A stretch of DNA of 64,000 nucleotides from assembly GCF_006345805.1 (NCBI RefSeq), contig NC_042997.1, forward strand, positions 50,406,001 to 50,470,000. The letters run 5' to 3'. How positions within the stretch are numbered: the first letter of the stretch is position 1; each line of letters begins with the position of its first letter. Below the pieces are notes generated by a model. That model saw only the letters and a program-made list of their open reading frames with translations, was not told the DNA's origin and did no database searches. This stretch comes from Octopus sinensis (Eukaryota). The position numbers and the translations under genes were made by a program. Below are positions 24,111 through 36,300 of this stretch, in pieces.

Positions 24111-24678
24111 ATAGACATGCAACAAGTGGTGAGTGCGTCGTTAGGCTCCGTCAGTTGTAACTCTTCTCAAATATAACGATTCTGGATGATATGAAATAGA
24201 CTTCTATATCATAAGTGATTAATATAGTTCTCTATACTAGTGTGTATGCTTGTGTGTATGTGTATGGTTGAATGTGTGTGTGTATGAGATGGTGCGTGTC
24301 GTGTATGCGTGCGAGCGTAGCAGTGAGCTGCAGACACATTAATAGAAACAGCTATCCGCACTCACTGAATATTGTGATACATGCTGGTGGAATATTTCTA
24401 CGTATATTGTTACCAAGGAGAATTTGGAGATGAAATCAGCAGCCAAAACGTAAAGAACAATTAACGAATATAACAAGTGAGAATTATTTTGAAAATTTAG
24501 GTCAGTGAAAAAAGGATAATGAACTCTCTCGGAAGGAATCTTATTGTTTTCTTCTATTTTATGGATATTAGTTCTTGTTGCTTTTGCCTTAGATCAATTG
24601 TAATTCTACAGAACAATGATCCAAGACATTTCAGCTGTGACCTGTATGCATTTCTGCAACAATAGCACACACACACAC

Positions 24679-24679
<1 letters not shown>

Positions 24680-24711
<32 letters not shown>

Positions 24712-24799
24712 TATCATCATTATCATCATCATCATCACCCTCACCATCACCATCACCACCACCATCACCACCACCACCACCACCACCACCACCACCACC

Positions 24800-24833
<34 letters not shown>

Positions 24834-24937
24834 TCATTATCATCATCATCACCATCACTATCACCATCACCATCACCATCATCACCATCACCATCACCAC
24901 CACCACCACCATCACCACCACCACCACCACCACCACC

Positions 24938-24971
<34 letters not shown>

Positions 24972-24979
24972 TCATCATC
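24680..24979. repeat. Compound (CAT)n/(CAC)n trinucleotide repeat, about 300 bp
   Basis: Direct sequence; explains the poly-His, poly-Asp/Gly and poly-Met/Val ORFs. Confidence 0.95.
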
Positions 24980-27160
24980 TAACCATGTGTGTAACAACGA
25001 AAGTAGCAGACCTCAATATCATTAGAAGTAGAAGGTTAAATTCATTAAAAGACTCCGGCAGAGAACAGTTGCAGGAGTAGAAGTTCTTCGACAGCGATTC
25101 GTTCAGTTCTCGATGCCGTTCCTCGGCCGATGCACGGTTAATGCATGTTTAATACGGAAGAAAACACCGTCGGTGAAATATCATATATATATATAGGACT
25201 GAATTAACCAGTCCCCTTACACTTTCAAAGATTTTAGGGTTAGATTTGAGGGAGATTGGGCTGCTATTTCTAGAAAGTCGAGCAATAAATACAGTTAATG
25301 TTAGCTCCCATTTTATTATTTTATTTTTGTTTCAGCTGGAGGCTGTGGCCATGCAGGGGCAAAATGTACTTTGCCATGACCCAGAGGTAGAGTCCCCTGA
25401 CGACTGTGCTAAGGAAAGACACTTCTTGCCCTAGAAAAAGAAACATTTTTTCATTACTATTCTCTTTTATGTAGGTGAAGTGATTCAAAGAAGTTTCGGG
25501 AATTTTGACGCAAGTGTCACTGATTGGAAACGAACTGTTATTCTTTCTTCCAGTCAATGACTCGCACTTGAAATATTTATATATTATTTGCTCCGTGAAT
25601 GGTCCGAAGAAAATGGTAATTTCCTTCATGGTATTTCTTCACATTTAAAATATCAAAATTTCATTTAAAAAGAATCATTCTTAAATTCATTTCTAGTTTG
25701 GTTTTTTTTTCTTGTTTTTTGTTCGACATTATTCCTTTTGGAAATATCATCCCTATACTGCGTCAAGAACCTGTTGTTAGCGAAATAAAACCAGATCCGC
25801 ATCAGCACCTTCTTCTCAATAAAGGATGCAGCCTTAGTTTCTACTCCTTCTGATAGCATATTTTCCCGCCAGCTTGCTAAATAACTCAAGTTTCTGGTGT
25901 TTCCATAACACAGATATTATCTTTATCTGGGACGTCAGTTATTACAAAAATACCAAATGGCAATTATATACCACTTATTTCTTTGTATACACAACCGTAC
26001 CATTGCGGTTACTTTGCCTCAAAATAAATTGTAACTTTTTTTCCCTACTCAAGATTAAAAATCAATCATGAATCCAAGTACACGGTCACGCTGCTCTGAA
26101 TCAAAATACGATTTCAAGTGCGTGTAATATTGATTTCTTATTAAGGTATCAAATAGAAATTGAAACGATCATAGTGTTTTCTTGGTGATTATTCTATCGA
26201 TTTTTACCAAACCCGAATGACAAAAGCATCCACAGAGGATGTTCAAATGGCAATGTGTAGAGACCTGACTGAAGACTGCAATCATTTTGACCCTGTGTTT
26301 TATCGTTTCTTATCAACGTTACAACATACTATCAACTAAATATGTCTAAATATCTGTGACCAGTTAATCTTATATTTAAAGACGAAGCACTTAGTTGCAT
26401 TTGCTCACTGTCGTTGCTCTGGTGGATAAGAGCATTCTTATCCTTAGTTGTGAATTATAAGTCTCCTAGTGCGGAGCCACGCTAGTATTGCTTACATACC
26501 AAGATATGACATCCAATGACAATAAGAAATCAAGTCGGTGGTAATCATAATATTATTCTGTGAACATTAAAACGTTACAATTTATTTCGTACGAACTAAA
26601 GAGGGTACCTCTCTGCAGTCAAATGACTTGCTAGAAATATCAGCCAAATCACGCACTACCGTCTTCAAAAGCGAATAACATACTGAAAAAGTAGACCGCA
26701 ATTTATTGTATCTGAATAAAAGACAAGATAGTCACGGCAATAAGAAATGTCGTATTAACTATTACAACACCTTTCACCACAATTCTGCCTTATAAGGACT
26801 GAGCTGGAGGTTAAGCGAAAACAGTAACCTCCGCCCTTTTTATCCAGTGAAGCAAAATCATTCTGCTTATTTGAAATACTGTTTTGTTCTGACTGGTTAC
26901 AAAAGCCCTATACTTCAGGAAAGAAAATGCTGAATGCCACAATTTTCATATTTTCGAAGGTCATCGGATGTATTTGTGGTTATCATGTTTATCCCATTAT
27001 TCCCCATCAGTGATTAATGCTTGTACATTACGGTGACTATAATCAGCCAAAATATTCACATAATTCTTCACATTAACACTTCCATGTGAAACACTGCCAC
27101 GTAGAACAAGAGAATTCCATGATATGGCTGCCCAGAAGCACCTCCATGCTATAAGACATA

Positions 27161-27516
27161 GTTAAGCTAAGTTAAGTTAAGTTTTTGGCTCAAAAAGCAA
27201 AAAGCAAGGCCATGTAGGGGGACATGGAGTTATGTACAGGGAGGGTGTTCATGCAAAGAGTTCAGGCCATTTCTGGTCGTCGGCATCTTCACTATCTCGT
27301 CCGGCAGCTTATTTCACGGATCCGTAACCCGGACGGAGAAAGCCCCTCTCCTTCGATTGAGATGAAATAGTCGCAGATAGAGCTTTTCGGAGTGACCCCG
27401 CAGCCGACGCTCTGGAGCAGGAGTGAAGAACAGCTCTTTCGAGAGGTTATACTTTCCGCTTATGATGTTGTGAGCAAGAATGAGATCACCACGGCGTCGT
27501 CGTTTTTCTAGAGAAG
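27161..27516 (-). mobile_element. 5'-truncated copy of the CR1 family at 9780-14124, with (CTTAA)n tail
   Basis: SLEKRRRRGDLILAHNIISGKYNLSKELFFTPAPERRLRGHSEKLYL and a matching 3' UTR (ctccatgtccccctacatggccttgc). Confidence 0.9.
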
Positions 27517-27931
27517 TGAATGATGATTTATTAGAGAAGACGACATTGTTCCTTTGGATCACTGGTCTCTTCTGATAGTCTAAGACACCATTTTTGGCGC
27601 ATCGGTGTTGTTGGAGGACAAGAAATGTTTAGCCATTGCAGCCCTCCCATGATACCAAACTTTATGAGCTCACAACAAACGGTTTGGGTTAACACAAAAT
27701 TGAATAGGTGCAGGGTTTAGCCCTGGCCTCAATTTCACTGTCGTACTTTGATGATTTTTAGACAATACGTTTCACTATTCCGCGTCTCCCATCTGCGAGC
27801 TTTGACTTCCGTTCAGAATTATACTTGCGAGAGCTGGGTTTTACCTCGGTTTTGTGTTGCAAACATGATTTTACAGACCGTACCGCTTAAAATAGTAAAT
27901 GATTCAGTAGTTTTATTTATTTTGTGTATAA

Positions 27932-28008
<77 letters not shown>

Positions 28009-28143
28009 TATTGCAACTCCATCCACCCGAGCTTCAGCAGTTCATACTCTTAAAAAATCTGACAGGTCACGCATTTAAACTTATTTAAGTATAAATATCT
28101 GGAAAAAGAAAAAGAAGAGGGTTATATCATGGAGCACAAGGCA

Positions 28144-28235
28144 TACATGTTGTATATAAATACATGTTGTATATAAATACATGTTGTATATAAATACATG
28201 TTGTATATAAATACATGTTGTATATAAGTACATGT
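28144..28235. repeat. 17-bp minisatellite (tacatgttgtatataaa) x5 plus a partial copy
   Basis: Units start at 28144, 28161, 28178, 28195 and 28212. Confidence 0.9.
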
Positions 28236-28629
28236 ATGTATTTATATACTGATCAGACAGTTCTGGATTTGTCATATTGCCAATCAAAATCAAAAATAGT
28301 TAAATAAAGCAGTGCTCCATTATTTTATTCCCTGTATATATACATTAACACGCACACACACAGACACATCCGCAAACACAGCCACACACACATACATATG
28401 TATATAATTACATATTTAAAAATGTGTGCATGTATATGTATATATATATATATGAATACATATTTGTATGAATATTATATATATATATATATAATATTAT
28501 ATTATAAAAAACTTAGATATGTTTCGACCAGAGATTGGTCCAGGCCATGTCTAACTTATAGCACCACCTGATAGGATTATTCGAATCCTGTTTAAGTCAA
28601 GTTTTGTTCAAGTAGTGAGTTCTTGTTGG

Positions 28630-31560
28630 GTGAGTTGTATCCAGTTTTGTTCAAGTAGTGAGTTCTTGTTGGGTGAGTTGTATCCAATTATGGGTGGCTT
28701 GTCTGGTATTCTTTGAAGGAATCTATCCAGACTCTGTTTGAAGTTGATGGGATCCTTTTCCTCTTTGATCTCCCTCGGGACAATTTAAATAGGGCAGGGC
28801 CTGTTGAGGAAAAGAAATTATGTTGCAGTGTACATGTATGTTGTGATCTTGAATTTGGCAGGGGACGTATAGCCCGTGGTCCAAGTCTCGGATGAACCTT
28901 GAAGCTAATGTTTAGGTCGTTTGGGCAAAGTTGGCGGTATATTTTCCACATCGTACAAATGATGTACCGCTCACGGCGACGCTGGAGGGAGTAAAGTTTC
29001 AAGGCTTTAAGGCGATCCCAATAGTCGAGAGCAGCCATGCCTTCAATTTGTTTAGTGAGAGCCCTCTGGGGTGACTCAATTCTGGAGATGTTTTGTCTTG
29101 TGTGAGGAGACCACAGTGGGCAGCAGTATTCAAGGTGTGGCCGTACAAAGGATGAAAAAAGTGGTATGATGACACCTTGTTCTCTGGACCGGAAAGTTCT
29201 TAAGATCCAGGAACTCATCCTACGAGCTGTATCGACCTTCTTGTTGATGTGTGCGCTCCAACTGAGATCGTCATCAACAATTACACCCAGGTCTCTGATA
29301 TTGTTAGAGGCTGTGAGCGGTTCCCCTGAAGGAAGAGAGTATGGTTGCTTTAGTGAGGAATTTCTTCCAAAATGCATCAGTTCAAATTTTCCCTCATTCA
29401 GTTGCATTTTGTTTCTGTCTGCCCATTGACTCACAGCATATAGGTCAGACTGGAGTTGAGTTCGGTCTGCTTCTTCATTGACGATTTGCTGGAGCTTAGT
29501 GTCATCAGCGAATATTTTCACTTTGCAGTGATGTACGACACTGGAAAGGTCGTTTACATAATTATGAAGAGTAGCGGACCCAAAACAGTTCCCTGGGGAA
29601 CACCGCTGGTGACTTTTGCTGGGTTTGAGTGGACTCCATCAACTACAACATGTTGTGTTCTATTCTCTAGGAAATACTGAATCCAGTGTAGAACTTTTCC
29701 ACGGATTCCAACATTTGCCAATTTTGAGAGTAGGATGTTATGGTCTACCCTGTCGAACGCTTTACTGAAGTCAAGGTATATGACGTCAGAGTTCGAACCT
29801 GTTCCCAAGGCTTTGAGTACATCTTCAATGTGGTGTAAGAGCTGTGTTAGACAGTCCCTGCCACAGCGAAAGCCATGTTGATTTGAATTTAGGAGTTTGT
29901 GGGTCTCCAGGAAGTCAGCTATCCTTGATCTTAACACTCTTTCAAACACTTTAATGATGTGGGAGGTGAGTGAGATTGGGCGATAGTTGACTGCGAGGGA
30001 TCTGTTTCCCTGTTTGAAAACCGGGATGACCGACTGGGATAGAAACTTTTTCGGTATATAACCTGCGTCTAACGAGTTTCTCCAGAGGTTGATCAGAGGG
30101 ACTGCAAGTTGATATCTACATTCCTTCAGGAGACTGGCGGGAAATCTATCAGGGCCTACAGCGGAGTAATTTTGACCTCATTTTTGCTGCTACGATGTCG
30201 GTGGCAGTGAAGGTTATGTCTGCGATTTTGTGTTGGGAGTCAGCTTCGTTCGTTTCCCTCACAACAATATCAGTGGGAACACTGAAGACAGAGCAATATT
30301 GTTTCTGCAGTATTTCTGCCATTTCTTTAGCATCGTGTTGGGGAATGCCGTTTTCATCAATCAATGGCCCAATAGGTGAGACAGTGGTTCTATGCTTATT
30401 TGCATAAGAATAGAACACTTTTGGGTTCTGTTTGATGTTTTTGATTACCCATTGTTCCTCCACAGCTCTTTGATTTTCAATGGAGGTTTTCATGTTAGTC
30501 TGCAGATGAAGTTTTTCCAGCTCTAGTCTTTTCATTATTGTTGAATGTGGATGTTGCGTGTGGGAATATTTTAATTGGTTGATTTTTTTGTTGAGTCTTT
30601 TGATGCGCCTGATGAGTGTTTTTTTCTTTTTAGGGAGCCGGTTTCTGTTTGTGTTAGTAGATTTCTTGGGAGCGTGTTTAGAGCATGTGTCGGTGACAAT
30701 GGTTTCAAAGTGCTGCCACGCGGTCTCAATATGAGGGGAATTGAGAGTAAAAGACCAGTCGATGGAAGACAGATCCTTTCTGATTGTTCCCCAGTCCGCT
30801 TTGTGGAATTTATGTTGTCAAATGGGTGCCATGGAGTGGGATTGGCTGGTTTGGTTTTTATACGTCGGGAATTAAGATTGCAGAGTACCATGTCGTGGTC
30901 TGAGAGGAGAGTTTTTTCGACTGAAATGCTGTGAACGTAGCTAGAGTGATTGGTCAGTACCAGATCCAAGATCGTTTTATTCTGTCTCGTTGGTTCAAGC
31001 ACTAGCTGAGTCAGGAAATACTCATCCATCAGATTAAAGAGCAGTTCTGCTGCTGCCCTATCTGATGTAGAGCACTTGCCCAACTTCGGAGTATTTGTGG
31101 GCCAGTTCACATGAGGGAGGTTAAAATCACCCATCACTATTATGTTTCCGGAGTGGTACTTCCGAAGGAAGGACTTGACTTTGCTAAGGCACTCTTCAAA
31201 GTACTTTAGAGGTGCCTGTGGAGGCCTGTAAAGACCAACAATGGTTATGTCCTTGGCTTTGTTGTATACTGATACCGATTCACAGTAGCCATTGGAAAAT
31301 GTGTCCTTGGCATCAAGTGAAAAGGAGTCATGGATAAAGATGGCTGTCCTCCCTTATTTCGGTCTGTGCGATCCGCACGAACAATGGTGAAATCTTTTAT
31401 TTTCACCTCTGCGTCCATATGGTGTTGTTCAGGTGAGTCTCGGTAAGGATAAAGAAAGGGAAGCAATGTGCCATTTCGGCAAGCCAACTCTCTATATATG
31501 GGATCTTCCATTTTTGGGCAATAATTGATGGGTTGATGCCACGTACATTTAACAGGAATG
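28630..31560 (-). pseudogene. ORF2 (APE plus RT) broken by several frameshifts
   Basis: LLNVRGIN..ILTETHL; RADR; LYRPP..MGDFNLPHVNW..ILDLVLTN..SDHDMV; NYRPISLTS; QHGFR; YLDFSKAFDRVDH; GVPQGTVLGPLLF; IFADDTK; RDLGV; YWDRLKALKLYSLQRRRERY. Confidence 0.88.
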
Positions 31561-31673
31561 TCGAGGTAGGGGAAGTTGGTAATGGGTGAGTGGTCCTTGT
31601 GATTTGCATAGATGGTTGGTGATGGCTCGCTGGATCTCCTGGCTTAGGTCGGCCTTCATATTTTCCAGGTATG

Positions 31674-32819
31674 TCAGTAAAAAAGAGTTTGGTTGTTTGG
31701 TTCCACTTGGTCAGAGGATACATATTTCAAGTTGGCGTTATTTGGTGTTTTTTCCTGGTTCTGTCTACGTAGTTTGATTGTAGGAGGGGAAACGTGGTTG
31801 TATTTTGTTCTTGTTGTTGTCCTAGATTTCCTCTGTTCCTGTTCATATCTATTCTGTGATCGTTTTGTGCCCTTCAGATGGTGGTTGTTGCATTCTGGGT
31901 TCAGGCACATCCTTTGTGAGACAGAAGTTTGGCACAGTTTAGGATGGAATAAGGTGCATCCATTGCCTCTTATGCATCCGTATTTAGGGTCAGAACCATA
32001 GATTCTGTATTTAGGACAGTATTTGGGGTGGAGGTGGGGGCAATTTTTTCCTGTTATACCGTATGGACAGGTGCCCATAGCAAGTCTACGACATAAGGTC
32101 GGGTGGGGAAAAGCACAGCGTCCATTTTTGTTTGTGCCGCTGGGGCCAAATCTACAAGTGCCTTTAGAATAGTAACGGCATGGGGTTTTATTTGGTTGTA
32201 GTAGTGGTTTTTCTATTTTGGCAGTAGTAGTAGTGGTGGTGGTGGTGGTGGTGTTAGAAGCAGCTTGTTGATTTTGTGATGGTGGGTTCTGGCTTGCCAG
32301 TATGTGGTCAAATCTGCAGCTGCCTTGAGAGTAGTAGTGGCAGATGGTTTTTCGCGGATGTAGTAGTGGTTTTCCTATTGTGGCAGTAGTGGGGAGTTGT
32401 AGCAGCATTGGAACTTGACTAGTGGTAGTATTAGAGTGTTGTTGTTGTTGTTTTTGTTGCTGTAGCGAAGGTGAGACTTGACTTGGTTCATCAGGTGCTG
32501 ATGTCAATGGAAGTAGGTCAGTTGATTGTTGCTGTTGAAGTGACCCCTGACCTGTTGGAATTTGGTCATTTGTTGTACTGGATTCGTTGGCAAGAATGGC
32601 TTTTAGTGTAGCCATGTGCGCGTGAAAAATAGGGAATATCCTAACAATTTCTTTTAATTTATTTTCTATCTGTTTTACAGATCTGTGAAAGGATTTTTTC
32701 GTTAAATCCTCAGTTATTTTGCTATAAACATTAGCTTCGTTGTGATGGATGAACCAAGCGTTAATCATTGCAGTAATTTCATTTTCAACCCAGCGGCGTT
32801 TTTGAAAATTATTGGCCAT
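31674..32819 (-). CDS. LINE ORF1: Myb/SANT-like N-terminus, Q/T-rich linker, four CCCH-type fingers plus one partial finger
   Basis: Likely start MANNFQKRRW at 32819 (upstream residues of the track ORF are microsatellite); fingers CRYYSKGTC..C..H, CRRLAMGTC..CPHLH, CPKY..GC..GCTLFH, CQTS..MCLNPECNNHH. Confidence 0.8.
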   Translation of the reverse strand: MANNFQKRRWVENEITAMINAWFIHHNEANVYSKITEDLTKKSFHRSVKQIENKLKEIVRIFPIFHAHMATLKAILANESSTTNDQIPTGQGSLQQQQSTDLLPLTSAPDEPSQVSPSLQQQKQQQQHSNTTTSQVPMLLQLPTTATIGKPLLHPRKTICHYYSQGSCRFDHILASQNPPSQNQQAASNTTTTTTTTTTAKIEKPLLQPNKTPCRYYSKGTCRFGPSGTNKNGRCAFPHPTLCRRLAMGTCPYGITGKNCPHLHPKYCPKYRIYGSDPKYGCIRGNGCTLFHPKLCQTSVSQRMCLNPECNNHHLKGTKRSQNRYEQEQRKSRTTTRTKYNHVSPPTIKLRRQNQEKTPNNANLKYVSSDQVEPNNQTLFY

Positions 32820-33345
32820 ATTCAGTGGGGTAGTGTTGTGTAATATATATATGTATGTATGTGTATGCGTGTGTATGTATGTGTACACCAGTTATTGATG
32901 GCTTGATGTAAAATAGTGAACACACTGTTGAAAAGTTTGTGTCGGTAAATAGTGAATACACCGTTGGAAAGTTTGTGTCGATATACTCGGAAATTCGTGG
33001 CTTGTGTGTGTGAGAGTTCAGTGTAATTAGTACAATCTAATTAGTACAATCGGGATGAGCGGTGTGTTTGATACAGACCAAGAAAAAAGAATTGTACTCA
33101 CGGGACTAGTTTTAGAGGGTTTAGTATTTAGTTTTGGGTTGTTCCTCTTTCTTCAGGTTGTATATAGATTTGTATAAATTTATCCTCCGATGGTAGTAAT
33201 AGAGTAGTATAGTAGGATTGTAGAGTTCAAAAGTCTTGAGATTAAAGACAAGGAGAGATTATGTTAGCTTGAGTTGAGTTGAGTATATATATATATATAT
33301 ATATATTCCTCTGTCTTCCCTTCTCTGGATCTTTCCTTCTCCTAT

Positions 33346-33380
33346 GTTTCCGACAAAGAGCTCCGCTCGAAACGTTAAAC
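33346..33380 (+). ncRNA. Degenerate minimal hammerhead within a short interspersed (probably Penelope-derived) repeat at about 33305-33480
   Basis: gttt-CCGACAA(2 core mismatches)-a-gagc-tcc-gctc-GAAA-C-GUU^aaac; AACGUU palindromic stem III. Confidence 0.5.
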
Positions 33381-33944
33381 CCTCCTTCTTTCCTTCTTTC
33401 CTGAGCGTCCAATAATACTATATTTGTTCCACGTCCTCGCGTTGTTGTGTTTTTTTGTGCTTCCTTGTTTGGATTAACTTTATATATATATATATATATA
33501 TGCACACAAATGAATGTATGTATGTATTTATGTATGTATGTATATAGGTAGGTTGGTAGGTAGGTAGGTAGGTAGGTAGGTAGGTAGGTAGGTAGGTCAA
33601 GTATATTTGTCTACATGCATATATACAACAATTTCTCACAAGTAAGTTCCAAGGCCAGTCTTTTCCCAGTATTAACTATGTATCATTGGGCGTAGCCAGG
33701 ATTTCGACCAAGGGGTTTCTCAAATATTGAAATATATCCTCCATTTGACGTCAAACTTTCGAAAAACGTAAATTCAAAATGATGCGTGGGTGGGATTCAT
33801 CCGAAGCCGTTGACCCCATCTCTTGACTACATATGTGTATATCCGCCTATTTGTACTTATGCCTAATACATCTTTAGCATATCATTTCTGCTTCGCTCTA
33901 TTTCCTACTTTGCTCACACAGATTCACACATAGACACATATAAA

Positions 33945-34270
33945 GTGGCGCTCCGTCGGTTACGACGAAGAAAGTTTCCAGCTGATCCGATCGACGGAGC
34001 ACCTTGCTCATGAAATTAACGTGTAAGTGGCTGAGCACTCTACAGACACAAGTACCCTTAATGTGACTCTCAGGGAGATTCAGCGTGACACAGAGTGTGA
34101 CATGGCCGACTCTTTGAATTTTAGGTACAACTCATTTTTACCAGATGAGCGGACTGGAACAACGTGAAATAAAGTGTCTTGCTGAAGGACACAACGCGCC
34201 GCCGGGAATCGAACTCACGACGTTACGATCGTGAGTCGAATACCCTAACCACTAAGCCACGCACCTTCAC
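33945..34270 (-). mobile_element. tRNA-derived SINE
   Basis: Head ccctaaccactaagccacgc, B box gggaatcgaactc; tail shared with 17655 and 21815. Confidence 0.8.
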
Positions 34271-34525
34271 TACACACATATATTGAGGCATAATATAAAT
34301 ACACACACACGTATTTATACACACTTGTTCATGTATAGAAGTATACACGCGCATGAGTGTATGCGTGTCACTGTACGGTGACATTCATACATAGTCACAC
34401 ACATACATAACTCACATACATAGATACACACATGCGTATATGCATGTCCTTTCATTCACATACACACTTGCGTACGCACACAAATATATATTTACAGTAT
34501 TGCCTTAAGACATGGAAACATGAAA

Positions 34526-35126
34526 GGCGACGAGCTGGCAGAAACGTTAGCACGCCGGGCGAAATGCGTAGCCGTATTTCGTCTGCCGTTACATTCTGAG
34601 TTCAAATTCCGCCGAGGTCGACTTTGCCTTTCATCCTTTCGGGGTCGATTAAATAAGTACCTGTTACGCACTGGGGTCAATGTAATCGACTTAATCCGTT
34701 TGCCTGTCCTTGTTTGTCCTCTCTGTGTTTAGCCGCTTGTGGGTAGTAAAGAAATAGGTATTTCGTCTGCCGTTACGTTCTGAGTTCAAATTCCGCCGAG
34801 CTCGACTTTGCCTTTCATCATTTCGGGGTCGATTAAATAAGTACCTGTTACGCACTGGGGTCAATGTAATCGACTTAATCCGTTTGCCTGTCCTTGTTTG
34901 TCCTCTCTGTGTTTAGCCCCTTGTGGGTAGTAAAGAAATAGGTATTTCGCCTGCCGTTACGTTCTGAGTTCAAATTCCGCCGAGGTCGATTTTGCCTTTC
35001 ATCCTTTCAGGGTCGATAAATTAAGTACCAGTTACGCACTGGGGTCAATGTAAATCGGCTTAATCCCTTTGTCTCTCCTTGTTTGTCCCCTCTATGTCTA
35101 GCCCCTTGTGGGCAATAAAGAAATAA
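34526..35126 (+). mobile_element. Trimeric SINE (one head plus three ~184-bp bodies) with ~18-bp TSD
   Basis: Body junctions at 34759 and 34943; gtattg(c/t)cttaagacatg at 34497-34514 and 35127-35144. Confidence 0.85.
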
Positions 35127-35614
35127 GTATTGTCTTAAGACATGAACCCAATGGGCAATTGCTTACGAGCCTTAGGAGTCTGGGGTCCCAATTCTGATCT
35201 ACGTACACTATGGGTTGCTCACAATAAACAACTACTATAAGGCCCAGATTATTCATTAAGATGGCCCTTATATATACATACTCTCAAACGCATACATATT
35301 CCCATACCGGTTCATACACATGTACACACATATATTCTCATTCTCATACCTCATCAAACAAACACACGCACAAATACTCTCGCTCACTTTAAGCCTCTGC
35401 TCATATACAGGTATACAGTCTCCGACATATATATCCTGACACACATATACACTCACACGCCACGCATATACTATTACATACACACATAGTCTCGCACACC
35501 ATGTCCGGTAAGTTCGCCGTCATGAATTCAGAGTTTTTCTTATGCATTTTTCTCTTTTTCTATAAAATACTTTTTAACTATTAATAGTGAGGAGATACTA
35601 TAGATATACTTTCT

Positions 35615-35795
35615 CGGTAAACTTTCCTCGCCGTAAAATTTCTTCACGGTGAATTGAAGGCTGGTAACTTTCCTTGCGGTGAACTTTTCCTACGGTGAAC
35701 TTTCTTGCTGTGGACTTTTCCTGCAGCGAACTGATAGCGGTGAATTTACCCTGCGGTGAACTTTTCCCACGGTGAGCTTTTCCTGCGGTGAACTT
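35615..35795. repeat. Degenerate ~16-bp minisatellite (cggtgaacttttcctg) x ~12
   Basis: Recurrent cggtgaac..tttcc units. Confidence 0.75.
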
Positions 35796-36186
35796 GTTAT
35801 TCTCACACATTCTCTCACACGCATATATCCTCACATCCACACATTCACGCACATACATCCACACATTTACTCTTACACATTTTCAAATTTCGGAACAAAG
35901 CGAGCAGTTTTTGAAGGGAGGGGAAAATCGATTACCTCAATCCCAATACTTGATCGATTCTTATTTTATCGGCTCCGAAAGGATGACGGGTAAGGTCGAC
36001 CTCGGCTAAATTTGAATTCAAAACTTAAAGGCGGACGAAACGCCCCTAAGCATTTTGTCCAGCGACTTACAGATTTCTTCCTAGCGCACGGACTTTCCCT
36101 CACGGCACCCTTATAAACATATTTACTCATTATTCCTCACACATATACATTCATATACAAAAACCTTCACACATATATACTCACAC

Positions 36187-36222
<36 letters not shown>

Positions 36223-36300
36223 AGAATTCACGAAAAAAAAACAAAAGACGAAGACAGGTGGTGTAGAAAACAAACAGATGTATTAGTATATATATATATA

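Larger units (their letters stand above)
28500..33240 (-). mobile_element. Full-length CR1-group LINE with CCCH-zinc-finger ORF1; ORF2 frameshifted
   Basis: Co-linear ORF1, APE and RT segments on the minus strand; 36-bp tandem duplication in the 5' UTR (32908-32980). Ends are approximate. Confidence 0.88.

Noticed and set aside
24554-25080. Poly-His, poly-Asp/Gly and poly-Met/Val ORFs
   Set aside because: Translations of a (CAT)/(CAC) microsatellite; no unique coding sequence or splice context
25394-25425. CUGACGA...GAAA spacing suggestive of a hammerhead
   Set aside because: Stem II is only 2 bp and there is no stem I complement
28144-28235. CRISPR-like appearance of short repeats (also 35615-35795 and the SINE trimers)
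   Set aside because: Tandem units without unique spacers, eukaryotic context, no cas genes
28512-28555. gacc/ggtc-GAAAC hairpin at the LINE 3' end
   Set aside because: No CUGANGA; better explained as a 3' UTR stem-loop of the LINE
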